From Pristiophorus japonicus (taxonomy: Eukaryota), in assembly GCF_044704955.1 (NCBI RefSeq), contig NC_091999.1, positions 49,166,001 to 49,230,000 of the forward strand: a DNA stretch of 64,000 bases. The letters are read 5' to 3'. Positions 23,197-35,010 of the stretch are shown here, piece after piece. A program made the translations under genes and the position numbers. Below the pieces are notes generated by a model that did not search any database, was not told where the DNA came from, and was given only the letters and a program-made list of their open reading frames with translations. How positions within the stretch are numbered: position 1 is the first letter of the stretch; the number at the start of each line of letters is the position of its first letter.

Positions 23197-26100
23197 TATA
23201 ATAAAAAGGCAAGCATGAACGCTCGGTGCCTCAATGCGAGGAGTATTCGGAACCCAAAAGAGGGCTCTGAGCTAGTTAGATTGGGGGAGAGCTCAGATGA
23301 ACAGGACCCCAATAAATAATGCAAAAGGCAGGAGGCAACAGAGCAGAGCAGCACGCGGGTCAGTGTAAACCACAAGGTGATAGGAAGGGACAATATGTAT
23401 AAATATAAAGGGGCTGCAGGATGGGTCAAAACTAAAAATTATGGTTCAAAAACTAGCATTAAAGCACTCTACCTAAACGCACGCAGCATTCGAAATAAAG
23501 TAAATGAGTTGACGGCACAAATCATTACAAATGGGTATGATTTGGTGGCCATTACAGAAACGTGGTTGCAGGGGTCTGCAAGACTGGGAATTAAACATAC
23601 AGGGGTATCTGACAATTCGGAAAGATAGACAAGAAGGGAAAGGAGGTGGGGTAGCTCTATTAATAAAGGATGATATCAGGGCAGTTTTGAGAGATTAGAG
23701 ATAATAAGGGGAAAAAGTCACTGGTGTGCGTAGTTTATAGGCCCCCAAATAATAACTTCACGGTGGGGCGGACAGTAATCAAGGGAACAATGGAGGCATG
23801 TGAAAAAGGAACGGTAGTAATCATGGAGATTTTAACCTACATTTCGACTGGTCAAATCAAATCGGACAGGGTAGCCTTCAGGAGGAATTAATAGCATGCA
23901 TACGGGATTGCTTCTTAGTACAGTATGTTACAAAACCTGCAAGGGAGAAAGCTATCTTAGATCTGGCCCTGTGTAATGAGACAGGAATAATAAACGATCT
24001 CCTCGTAAAAGATCCTCTCGGAATGAGTGAGCACAGTATGGTTGAATTTGTAATACAGATTGAGGGTGAGGAAGTAGTGTCTCAAACAAGCGTACAATGC
24101 TTAAACAAAGGGGACCACAGTGAGATGAGGGCAGAGATGGCTAAAGTCGACTGGAAACACAGCTAAACGGTTGCACAATTGAGAAACAGTAGAGGACTTT
24201 TAAAGAGCTCTTTCATAGTGCTCAGCAAAAGTATATTCCAGTGAAAAAGAAGGGTGGAAAGAGAAGGGATAACCAGCGGTGGATAACCAAGGAAATAAAG
24301 GAGAGTATCAAATTAAAATCCAATGCCTATAAGTTGGCCAAGGTTAGTGGGAAACCAGAAGATTGGGAAAAGTTTAAACGACAGCAAAGAATGACAAAGA
24401 AAGCAATAAAGAACGGAAAGATAGATTACGACAGTAAACTTGCACAAAACATAAAAACGGAAAAAAAAGGTTTTACCGATATATAAAACGGAAAAGAGTG
24501 ACTAAACTAAATGTTCGTCCCTTAGAAGATGAGAAGGGGGATTTAATGGAGGGAAATGTGGAAATGGCTGAGACCTTCAACAATTATTTTGCTTCGGTTT
24601 TCACAGTGGAAGACAGAAAAACAATGCCAAAAATTGCTGGTCACGGGAATGTGGGAAGGGAGGCCTTTGAGATGATCTCTATCACTAAGAGGGTAGTGCT
24701 GGACAGGGTAATGGAACTCAAGGTAGACAAGTCCCCTGGTCCTGATGAAATGCATCCCAGGGTATTAAAAGAGATGGCGGAAGTTATAGCAGATGCATTT
24801 GTTATAATCTACCAAAATTCTCCGGACTCTGGGGAGGTACCAGCCGATTGGAAAGCAGCTAATATAACGCCTCTGTTTAAGAAAGGGGGCAGACAAAAGG
24901 CAGTTAACGAAAGGCCGGTTAGTTTAACATCTGTAGTGGGGAAAATGCTTGAAGCTATCATTAAGGAAGAAATAGCGGGACATCTAGATAGAAATAGTGC
25001 AATCAAGCAGACGCAACATGGATTCATGAAGGGGAAATCATGTTTAACTAATCTACTGGAATTCATTGAGGATATAACGAGCATGGTGGATAGAGGTGTA
25101 CCGATGGATGTGGTGTATTTAGATTTCCAAAAGGCATTCGATAAGGTGCCACACAAAAGGTTACTGCAGAAGATAGAGGTACACGGAGTCAGAGAAAATG
25201 TATTAGCATGGATCAAGAATTGGCCGGCGAGCAGAAAGCAGAGAGTTGGGATAAATGGGTCCTTTTCTGGTTGGAAATCGGTGGTTAGCTATGTGCCACA
25301 TGGATCGGTGCTGGGACCACAACTGTTTACAATATACATACATGACCTGGAAGAGGGGACAGAGTGTAGTGCAACAACATTTGCAGATGACACAAAGATT
25401 AGTGGAAAAGCGGGTTGTGTAGACGACAAAGAGAGGCTGCAAAGAGATTTAGATAGGTTAAGCGAATGGGCTAAGGTTTTGCAGATGGAATACAATGTCG
25501 GAAAATGTGAGGTCATTCTTCTTGGAAAAAAAACAGGAAAAGGGAATATTATTTGAATGGGAAGAAATTACAACATGCTACGGTGCAGAGGAACCTGGGG
25601 GTCCTTGTGCATGAATCCCATAAAGTTAGTTTGCAGGTGCAGCAAGTAATCAGGAAGGCGAATGGAATGTTGGCCTTCATTGCGAGAGGGATGGAGTACA
25701 AAAGCAGGGAGGTCCTGCTGCAGCTGTACAGGGTATTGGTGAGGCCGCACCTGGAGTACTGCGTGCAGTTTTGGTCACCTTACTTAAGGAAGGATACACT
25801 AGCTTTGGAGGGAGTACCGAAACGATTCACTCGGCTGATTCCGGAGATGAGGGTGTTATCTTATGATGATAGATTGAGCAGACTGGGTCTTTTCTCGTTG
25901 GGGACCAGAAGGATGAGGGTTGATCTTATAGAAAAATTTAAAATAATGAAAGGGATAGACAAGATAGAAGCAGTGAGGTTGTTTCCACTGGTCGGGGAGA
26001 CGAGACCTAGGGGGCACAGCCTCAAAATACGGGGGAGCCAATTTAAAACCGAGTTGAGAAGGAATTTCTTCTCCCAGAGAATTGTGAATCTGTGGAATTC

Positions 26101-26319
26101 TCTGCCCAAGGAAACAGTTGAGGCAAGCTCATTGAATATATTCAAATCACAGATAGATAGATATTTAACTAATAAGGTAATTAAGGATTATGGGGAGCTG
26201 GCGGGTAAGTGGAGCTGAGTACACGGCCAGATCAGCCGTGATCTTGTTAAATGGCGGAGCATGCTCGAGGGGCTCGATGGCCTACTCCTGTTCCTAATTC
26301 TTATGTTCTTATGTTCTTA
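23197..26319 (+). mobile_element. Near full-length CR1 ORF2 (endonuclease + RT) with 3' UTR, disrupted
   Basis: YLNARSIRNKVNEL..VAITETWL endonuclease start; ORFs 24498..25556 (FADD) and 25553..26218; (ttcttatg)n tail. Confidence 0.95.
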
Positions 26320-26410
26320 TCAAACACTCCCAGGACAAATACAGCGTGGGTTGGAGACAGAGATAAGTTTCCTCTTCACTGTCTCATTAACCATTCACTG
26401 GGCAGGTACG

Positions 26411-27065
26411 ACCAAGCTCATGGTCTACAGGGCTGTAGTAATACCCGCCCTCCTGTATGTCTCAGAGGCATGGACAATGTACAGTAGACACTTTTTCTCA
26501 TTGGAGATATATCACCATCAATGTCTCCGCAAAATCCTACAAATCACCTGGCAGTACAGGCACACCAACATTAGCTTCCTAGACCAGGCTAACAGCCCCA
26601 GCATTGAAGCACTGACCACACTCAATTAGCTCCGCTGCGCAGACCACATAGTTCGCATGCCAGACACGAGACTCCCAAAGCAAGTCCTCTATGCGGAACT
26701 TCTTCACGGAAAATGAGCCAAAGGTGGGCAGCGGAAACGTTACAAGAACACCCTCAAAGCCTCCCTGATAAAATGCGAGATCCCCACTGACATCTGGGAG
26801 TCCCTGGCCAAAGACCACCCTTAGTGGAGGAAGTACATCCGGGAGTCTCATCGCCAAGCGCATGCAGAAAACATGTGTAGGCAGTGGAAAGAGCGTGCTG
26901 CAAACCAGTCCCACTCACCCCTTCCTTCAACGACTATCTGTCCCACCTGTGGCAGAGTCTGTGGCTCTCGTATTAGACTGTTCAGTCACCAAATTAATCA
27001 CTTCAGGTGTGGAAGCAAGTCTTCCTCGATTCAAAGGGACTGCCTATGATGATGATGATGATGAT
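26411..27065 (+). mobile_element. RTE-clade LINE 3' fragment with (GAT)n tail
   Basis: TKLMVYRAVVIPALLY, HHQCLRKIL and PDTRLPKQVLY motifs; ends gggactgcctatgatgatgatgat. Confidence 0.9.
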
Positions 27066-27699
27066 TTCACAGGTTAGATGCAGAGTAAAGCTCCCTCTAC
27101 AATGTCTCACCAGACATTCCCAGGCAGATGCAGCTTTGGTTATTGAAGGTTAAATCTCCCTCTCGCCTGTCCCAAACACTCCCAGGGTAGGTACAACATT
27201 GGTTAGATACAGAATTCAACTCCCGCTGCACTGTCCCATCAAACACTCGCACAATAGGCGCAGCAGGGGTTAGTCAGACAGTAAAGCTCCCCATAGACTG
27301 ATCCATCAAACACTCCCATCGCAGTTACGGCATGGGTTAAATATAGAGTACAACTCCTGCAACACTGACCCATCAAATACTCCCAGCGCAGGTATAGCAC
27401 GGGTTACATACAATGTAAAGCTCCCTGACACTATCCATCAAACACACCCAGGGGAGAAACAACACGGGTTAGATACTGAGTAAAGCTCACCCTGCATTCT
27501 CCTGTTAAACACTCTGTGGAAAGATGCAGCACGGAGTAGATAGAGAGAAAAACTTGCTCTCCACTATCCAATCAATAACTGCTAGGGCAGGTACAGCACG
27601 GGTTAGACAGAAAGGTATAGGCTGGGTTTTCCAGAACTTGGGGCCTTGGCAACACAAGGCACAGCCACCAAAGCCATCAATGGTTGAACAATTATAATC

Positions 27700-28200
27700 A
27701 GGGATGCTCAGGAAGACAGATATCTCATGGGTGGGCGGTGTGGTGCTGGTTGGGGCTGGAGGAGTTTACAGAGCTCGGGAGGGGCGAGGCTATGGAGAGT
27801 TTTGAAAATGCATTAGAATGTTGAAATCAAGGCGTTGCTGAACCAGAATCGAATGTAGTTCAGCGAGCAGAGGGCTGATGTGTGAGTTGGACTTGGTGAG
27901 AGTTCGGACATGGGCAACCGAATTTTGGATCAACACTAATTTATGCAGGTGAGAATGTGGCAGGAATGCGTTGGAATAGTCAAGTCCAGAAGAAACAAAG
28001 GCAGGGATGACGGGTCAGCAGCGGATGAGCTGAGGCAACGGCGATGTTACAGAGGTGGAAATATGCATTCTTAATTATGCTGTGGATATGTGGTCAAACA
28101 CATACTTCAGAGTTAAGTATGGCACCAAGTTTGCAAACAGTCCGGTTCAGGCACAGACACAAGTTGGGGAGAGGGATTGAGTCAGTGGCTAGGGAGCTGC
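27700..28200 (-). mobile_element. L2-clade LINE ORF2 3' fragment
   Basis: Minus strand reads SGLDYSNAFL and HSLAPPR, matching the L2 motifs SRLDYCNSLL and LHGLAPPY. Confidence 0.6.
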
Positions 28201-28599
28201 GTTTGTGGAAATGACAATTACAAATATCAGAATATTTAACAGGCTATCACGTGCAAAATGTGTGGATGCATTTTAAAATTCACTTGGTTCCAAAACCAGG
28301 TTACAGAAAGCAACGGATTTCAAATCTTATGCAAGGCAGTTCAATAAAGGGGCGCTTCAAAGGATTTCAGCTGAGTTTAAAGTAAGACTCTGCAATTAAG
28401 TCTACTACAACTACAACTCGTGTACTCAAACGGAACAAGTTTGGAGTTTGATATAATAGAAGGTGAACTAGCTGAGGAGTGATGTAAGTGAGATTAAGAA
28501 AAAGCACTAAAATGGAACAGTCGGTAACAGAACATCAATTAGTCTCCTCTGATCATGGAGCAATCAAATATTCGACACACTGTGTTTGAAACGAAGAGA

Positions 28600-28750
28600 A
28601 TTTGTTCAACATTTATACAAGATATTAATCTCCATCTCATATATAGGCGTTATTAAGATAATCAGAAACAAACAAGAGCTGCCAGAATGAACATGGTTCA
28701 GTTCCCAAAGCAATCCCAGTAAATCCAGTTCTGTTTACAAATGCAGTTTT
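28600..28750 (-). pseudogene. Orphan ZNF-gene 3' UTR remnant without a finger array
   Basis: atcagaaacaaac...gccagaatgaacatggttcag matches 11820-11860 and 7555-7595. Confidence 0.5.
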
Positions 28751-28919
28751 TCTCCTCAGACCATTTAAAACAAAGATGAGAAGGAATTTCTTCTCTCAGA
28801 GGGTTGTAATCTATGGCATTCTCTGCCCCAGCGAGCTGTGGAGGCTGGGTCATTGAATTTAATTAAGGCTGAGGTAGACAGGTTTAACAGAGGTGCTCAA
28901 ACTTAGGAAGGCGTTAGAT

Positions 28920-30160
28920 TGAGTCAGCGAACAGAATGGTTCTGCTCACACAATCAGAGAATGGTTACAGCACGGAAGGCCATTCGGCTCGTCGAGCTTT
29001 TGCCGGCTCCTAGCTAGTCCCATTGCCCGCCCTTTACCCCCGGTCGGCAAATGTTTTCTTTCAGATACTTATCCAATTGGCTTTTGAAAGCTGTGATTGA
29101 GTTTGCCTCCACCAACCAGGCCGTGCTTTCCAGATCCTAAAGACTCACTGCATAAAATAGATTTTATTTCATTGTCTTTGGTTCTTCTGCTCATCCACTT
29201 TAAATCCGTCTCCTCTGGTTCTCGACCCCTCCACCAATGCGAACAGTATCTCTCTATCTACTCTGTCCGTACCCCTCATGATTTTGAACACCACGATCAA
29301 CTCTCCTCGCAAACTTCTCTGCTCCAACGAGAACAACCCAAGCTTCTCCAGTCAATCCACGGAACTGAAGTCCCTCAACTCGTGAATCATTCTTGTCAAT
29401 CTTTTCTGCACCCTCTCTCAGGCCATCACATCCTAATCTGCGGTGCCCAGAATTGGAAATAATGCTCCAGTTGAGACCCAACCAGTGTTTTACAAAGGTT
29501 CATCATAACATCCTTGCTTTTGTACTCTGTGATGCCCAGGATCCTGCAAGCTTTTTAAACTGCTTTCCCAACCTGTTCTGCCATTTTCAGCGATTTGTCC
29601 ACATATACCCGCAGATCACCCTGTTCATGCATACTCTTTAGGATTGTATCCTTTAGTTTATATTGTCTCTCCTTGTTCATTTAATCATGCTTTTCTAATT
29701 TTATTTCTCAACTCAGATTCACGGCCTCATTTTATTTCTTCCTCCGAGCCCCTCAACTTAATGTGGCAGTGTCATGTTGGCGAGTGGTGATTGATTGCCC
29801 TGGGAACCAACAGGAAGAGAGGCCAGAGTCCGGAGGGTCCAGGGAGCAACGTATTCTGCAACCAATCACGGTGCTTGAGGGGTGGATCCTGAGTCGGCCT
29901 ATCGCGTGAGTATCTGTCAACAGACACTTCAGTGCCAAGTGGACCAGGTATTTAAAGATCATTAATTCCCTCTTTCCATGTCGCTGTTAGTTAATGGACA
30001 GAGATTGATTTCCTCTCATTATGCATTTGTAGTAGTAAATATAACATCCTTCCTGTTGGTAGTGGTGTAAATTCTGTGCTGGGCGAGATGGCTGGTGGCA
30101 TCAACCTTTAAAATACACATTCTCGTTTTCAAATCTCTCCAGGGTCTCACCCTTCCCTAT
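28920..30160. repeat. Inverted copy of 13730-15060, including a CR1 3' fragment (-) and candidate exon 29717-29905 (+)
   Basis: Colinear reverse-complement similarity throughout. Confidence 0.9.
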
Positions 30161-30189
30161 CTCTGTAACATTCTCCAGCACACCAATCC

Positions 30190-31717
30190 TCTTAATAGTT
30201 TGTTTTCTTTGGAACAGAGGAGGCTGAGCTCAGACGTTAATGAGGTATATAAAATAATGAGGGGCCTAGATGGAATGGATAGGAAGGACCTATTTCCATT
30301 CGCAGAGGGGTCAGCAACCAGCTGAACCTTTTAGTCAGTATGTAGCAAGCCCAGCAAGAGAGGGGGAAGTTCTGTACTTAGTATTAGGGACTTAAGCTGG
30401 GCAGGTGTAAGGGGTATCAGTGGGAGAGCATTGGTGCTATTGATCGTAATTCTCCTAGATTTAGCGTAGTTATGGAAAATGACAATGATAGACCAGGAAA
30501 AGAGACTGGTAACAGCTACTTGAAATGGTGAGATATTGGGAAATGTTGCTGTTCAGAGGGACCTTGGTGTCCTTGTACACGAATCAATGAAAGTTAACAT
30601 GCAGGCACAGCAAGCAATTAAGAAAAGAAATGGTATGTCGGCCTTTAGTACAAGAGTAGTTGAGGATAATAGTAAACATAAGAACAGGAAAATAAGAAAT
30701 AGGAACTGGAGAAGGCCATACGGCCCCTCGAGCCTGCTCCGCCATTCAATGAGATCATGGCTTATCTGATCATAGACTCAGCTCCACTCAACCGCCCGCT
30801 CTCCATAACCCCTTATCCCCTTATCATTGAAAGAAATTATTTCTGTCTCAAATTTATTTAATGTCCCAGCTTCCACAGCTCTCTCAGGCAGCGAGTTCGA
30901 CAGATTTACAATCCTCCGAGAGAAGAAATTGATCCTCTTCTGTTTTAAATGGGCGGCCCCTTCTTCTAAGATCATGCCCTCTTGTTCGAGTCATCCCCCA
31001 TCAGTGGAAACATCAGCTCTGCATCCAACTTGTCAAGGCCCCTCATAATCTTATACGTTTCGATAAGATCACTTCTCATTCTTCGGAATTCCAATGAGTA
31101 GAGGCCCAAAGTACTCAACCTTTCCTCATAAGTCAACCTGCTGATCCCTTGTATCAACCTAGTGCACCTTCTCTGAACTGCCTCCAAAGCAATTATATCC
31201 TTTCGTAAATATGGAAAACAAAACTGCATGCAGTATTCCAGGTGTGGCCTCACCAAAACCTTATATAGCTGCAGCAAGACTTCCCCGCTTTTATACTCCA
31301 TCTCCTTTGCAAAAAAGGTCAAAATACCATTGGCCCTCCTGATCACTTGCTATACCTGCATACTATCCATTAGTGTTTCATGCACAAGTAACCCCAGGGC
31401 CTGCTCTATTGCGGCACATTGCAATATTTCTCCATTTAAATAATAACTTGCTCCTCGACATCTTACTGCAATTATATAGGGCCCTCGTCAGACTACACCT
31501 GGAGTATTGTGTACAGTTTTGATTGCTTACGTAAGGAAGGATGTACTTACCATTGAGGATGGCAACGAAGGTTCGCCAGACTGATTCCTGGGATGGAGGG
31601 ATTGTCCTGTGAGGAGAGATTGAGTAGACGAGGCCTATATTCTGTACAGGTTAGAAGAATGAGAGGTGATCTCTATTTAAAACATACACAATTCTTACAG
31701 GGCTTGACAGTGTAGAT
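30190..31717. mobile_element. Nested CR1 fragments (+ strand pieces interrupted by a - strand 3' fragment at ~30676-31455)
   Basis: ORF 30972..31346 (-) LVRPHLEYCMQF, plus + strand VQRDLGVLVH and RLHLEYCVQF pieces. Confidence 0.85.
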
Positions 31718-31790
31718 CAGGGGTGTCAAACATACGGCCCGCGGGCCGGACATGGTCCCGCAAGCCCCTTCCTCCGGCCGCCACATGTTT
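31718..31790 (+). mobile_element. One end of a hAT (Charlie-type) DNA transposon or MITE
   Basis: CAGGGGTGTCAAACATACGGCCCGCGGGCCG terminus preceded by gtgtagat (NTCTAGAN-like target). The other terminus is not seen. Confidence 0.6.
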
Positions 31791-32149
31791 TAATTTATAT
31801 GACTCCTCCCCACCGACCCCCCACCCCCGCCCCGATCTTTCACTTGCTGACTGAAACACAACCTGAATTTGTCAGCCATCATAGAACAGGAGGAGGGCGG
31901 CGGAGGTACGGGGAAGGTCAGTCGGTGTCCACGGGGAGCAATTCTGGGACAACGAGGGCACTCACATGGACTGTCAATGGGAGATAAGTTTTGAGTGAGG
32001 CAGTGAGTGGATAAATACCAAGAGAGAGGGTGAGGAGTGTCGCTGGAACTCCAGGTGATGTAACAGATGATGGGTATTAGTGCAGGGTAGGTAGTGAGGG
32101 GGTTGTGTTCCTGCACATCTCCCCCCTCCTCGGCCCCAGTGAGGCGCTG

Positions 32150-32580
32150 ATTTTAAAATTCTCAGCTTCCTGTTCACATCCCTCGATGGCCCCGCCCCTC
32201 CCTATCTCTGTAACCTCCTCCAGCCCCTACACCCTCCCTATCTCTGTAACCACCTCCAGACCCTACACCCCTCCCTATCTCTGTTACCTCCTCCAGCCCC
32301 TACACCCCTCCCTATCACTGTGACCTCCTCCAGCCCTACAGCCCTCCCTATCTCTGTCACCTCCTCCAGCCCTACAGCCCTCCCTATCTCTGTAACCTCC
32401 TCCAGCCCTACACCCCTCCCTATCTCTCTAACCTCCTTGAGCCACTACACCTCTCCATATCTTTGTAACATCCTCCAGCCCTACACCCTTCCCTATCTCT
32501 GTACCCTCCTCCAGCCCGACACCCCTCCCTATCTCTCTAACCTCGTCGAGCCCCTCCACCTCTCCCTTTCTCTCTAACAT
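32150..32580 (+). repeat. 36-bp minisatellite (~11 copies) amplified from an L2 ORF2 segment
   Basis: Unit ccctccctatctctgtaacctcctccagcccctaca, preceded by L2-like tttaaaattctc..gttcacatccctcgatggccccgcc. Confidence 0.85.
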
Positions 32581-33107
32581 TGTTAGGGTTAACTTCAACC
32601 CACCACAAGGATTCTGTTAGCCTTAAAGTAAATGCAAATTTTATTAATACAAGCCGGCAGGGAAGCTATTCTTGAAGGAACGCTCGAACTAGAGCCAGAG
32701 ACATCTTACTTTATACAGTTTCAGATGATAGCATTCAGTAATTACGAAAGTTACATTTAATACATGCTGATTGATTAATACATGATTGATTGGTACAGCG
32801 CCTCCTCCAATCTGGCTTCTATATGCCTTAATTGGCAATTCCAAATACATGTTGTGATGATTCTTTTTATTTAACTCTTATTTTGTTATACAATTGAAAT
32901 TCTATGTTATTTGTGTCCGTGCCCAGCTCCCAAGGCCTTTGGTCTATGAATTGGAACATCTGCTCCTCTGTGGAAGGCATCCCACACATGCTTCCCACAG
33001 TCTGAAAAACAGGCTGTGGTTTCCAATTTAAAAACCTGTTAATTCCATTTTAAAATATCGCAATTATTATTATTAATTGAAATTACAATTTGTAATCTGC
33101 CCTTTTA
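32581..33107 (-). mobile_element. Retroviral 3' LTR
   Basis: On the minus strand: PPT aacaggaggga (33119-33109), CCAAT (~32790), TATAAA (32715-32710), AATAAA (32645-32640) and terminal CA (32582-32581). Confidence 0.65.
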
Positions 33108-34533
33108 GTCCCTCCTGTTGATCCCTGATTATTTCTAAATAATCTGCTGACCATATATATGTTCTGAGCCATCTGCTCGAAATGATGATATCAAGTCCAT
33201 ATCTCTGGGATCAATTGTCGTTCCATCTTTTGCGGAGTCTTTACATACTGCCCCAGACCATTTCCCTGGGATATTGGCACGCCACTCATCTTTCTTTTTG
33301 TACAGACAGTGCATAAGCTCTGGGGTCTAGGTTGTTTCCCTAACGCGTTCCAAAGTCACTCGCCTCCCTATCATGCCTACATTACAGAATTAACAAAGCT
33401 GTTTGCTTTTCATATAGTTGGATCACGATACATATCCCTTCCACGACCATTACTACCTCAATTAAATGCCACATCGATTTGAGGACTGCGTAGGCTTCAG
33501 GTGACCAGACCTTAAAAATATCCCACCATGAACAACAATCTCCCTTTCCTTGCCTTATCCTGTCCTGATTCCTATGTCTCCCGCCTCGGTTTCGTTTATC
33601 AGGCGATAGGATTGGGACACTCACGACTCAGATCATGTGTTCATGCCGTCTTTTTGTTTGATTAACCCTCTTTGGTTTAAGCAAAGGCTTTCTGCATTCT
33701 TGGTTACGGGCCTTGGCCAAACTCTTCTTCCTGTATCTCTTGTATCTGCCTGCACAATCTCCCAGGAGCATCAACACCACTATCAGCAGCACTAGGACTA
33801 ACACATGGGATATAATTCTAATCCCTATCTTGTAACTTTGCTCGGCTAAGCCTTGCCTATCTTTGCACTTGTTAGATAACATCACCAACCAACTCAAGGC
33901 TATTACTATCTTTACTGACACTAGGGTAAGGGAAAGGATCCTTATCCAGGGATGTATAATCTCATGTACCAAGGCGGGTTTTTCAAGTTTTCCTTTATTT
34001 CACTGTCCAGATCTTTTGCTTTATCCTTCAGCTCTTGATATCTTTTAATGTTATTTCTTGAGCTCAGTTAAATCTTCAAATAACAGGGGATTTGCTCTTC
34101 CATGTAAACATCAATATCTTGCTCAATCTCATCGCTTATATTTCATGTCATTTTCTTCCTGGCATGTCATGTTTGCTCTTCTCACTGCCACCGACATTCC
34201 TGGAGTAACATAAGATCCCAGGCTAGTTATCACACAATATTCTCCTCGCACTTCAGAGGTGTAATGTGTGGGTTTGGTTCGGGCATGGTTTATTCCAATG
34301 ACACATCCTTTCGTAGTATTGTCAAACCCGCAGCTATCCTTGCTACCGTCTCCCACTGGGTGAGGGCCTATAGTTAGGCTTCCTTCTCTCCAGCACACGG
34401 ATAAAGATATTCCCCTTATATTTCCATTCTTTTTGATCTCGTACTGGTCCATCGCGGATGTACTCTTCCCCTTGTATTATGTTTGTTTCCCCTCACATCC
34501 TCCTGTAACAGCATACACTCTTGTCATTCCTTT
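33108..34533 (-). pseudogene. Degenerate env 3' half with class I fusion (pneumo/paramyxo F-like) features; lokiretrovirus-like
   Basis: Cys-rich ectodomain (LSVCWREG..DSCGFDNTTKGCVI..YCVITSLGSY), heptad NIKRYQELKDKAKDLDSEIKENL, hydrophobic segments in ORF 33628..33972 and WWDIFKVWSP in ORF 33382..33624. Confidence 0.6.
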
Positions 34534-34534
34534 C

Positions 34535-35010
34535 AAAAAGGGCCACATTACAGCAAAAGTCTCAAGGGACAAAGTTGTTAAAAAGACAAGCCTGAAGTCT
34601 CTGTGCCTCAATGCGAGGAGTATTCGTAATAAGGTGGACGAATTAACTGCACAGGCAGCAATTAATGAATATGATATAATTTGCACCACGTTGACATGGC
34701 TGTCCTAAGGCTCTGTCCCCTGGTTCTGGACTTCCCCAACATCGGGACAAGCTACCTGCATCTAACCTGTCCCGTCCCGTCAGAATCTTTATGTTTCTAT
34801 GAAATCCCCTCTCATCCTTCTAAGCTCCAATGTATAAAAATCCAGTTGATCCAGTCTCTCCTCACATGACAGTCCAGCCATCCCGGGAATCAGTCTGGTG
34901 AACCTTCGCTGCACTCTCTCAATAGCAAGAACGTCGTTCCTCACATTAGGAGATCAAAACAGAACACAATATTCCAAGTGAGGCCTCACCAAGGCCCTGT
35001 ACAACTACAG
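34535..35010. mobile_element. CR1 fragments: endonuclease start (+, to ~34700) fused to a 3' piece (-)
   Basis: SLCLNARSIRNKVDEL followed by reverse-complement LVRPHLEYCV sequence. Confidence 0.8.

Larger units (their letters stand above)
16530..27610 (-). repeat. 67-bp satellite array (reverse orientation), split by nested insertions; pieces at 16530-16810, 18420-18493, 22962-23196, 26320-26410 and 27068-27610
   Basis: gggttagatacagagtaaagctccctctacactgtcccatcaaacactccc units resume at each insertion boundary. Confidence 0.85.

Noticed and set aside
32632-32639. Octamer ATGCAAAT as an Ig 3' enhancer
   Set aside because: A single motif inside an LTR more than 20 kb from IgM, with no motif cluster; expected by chance.
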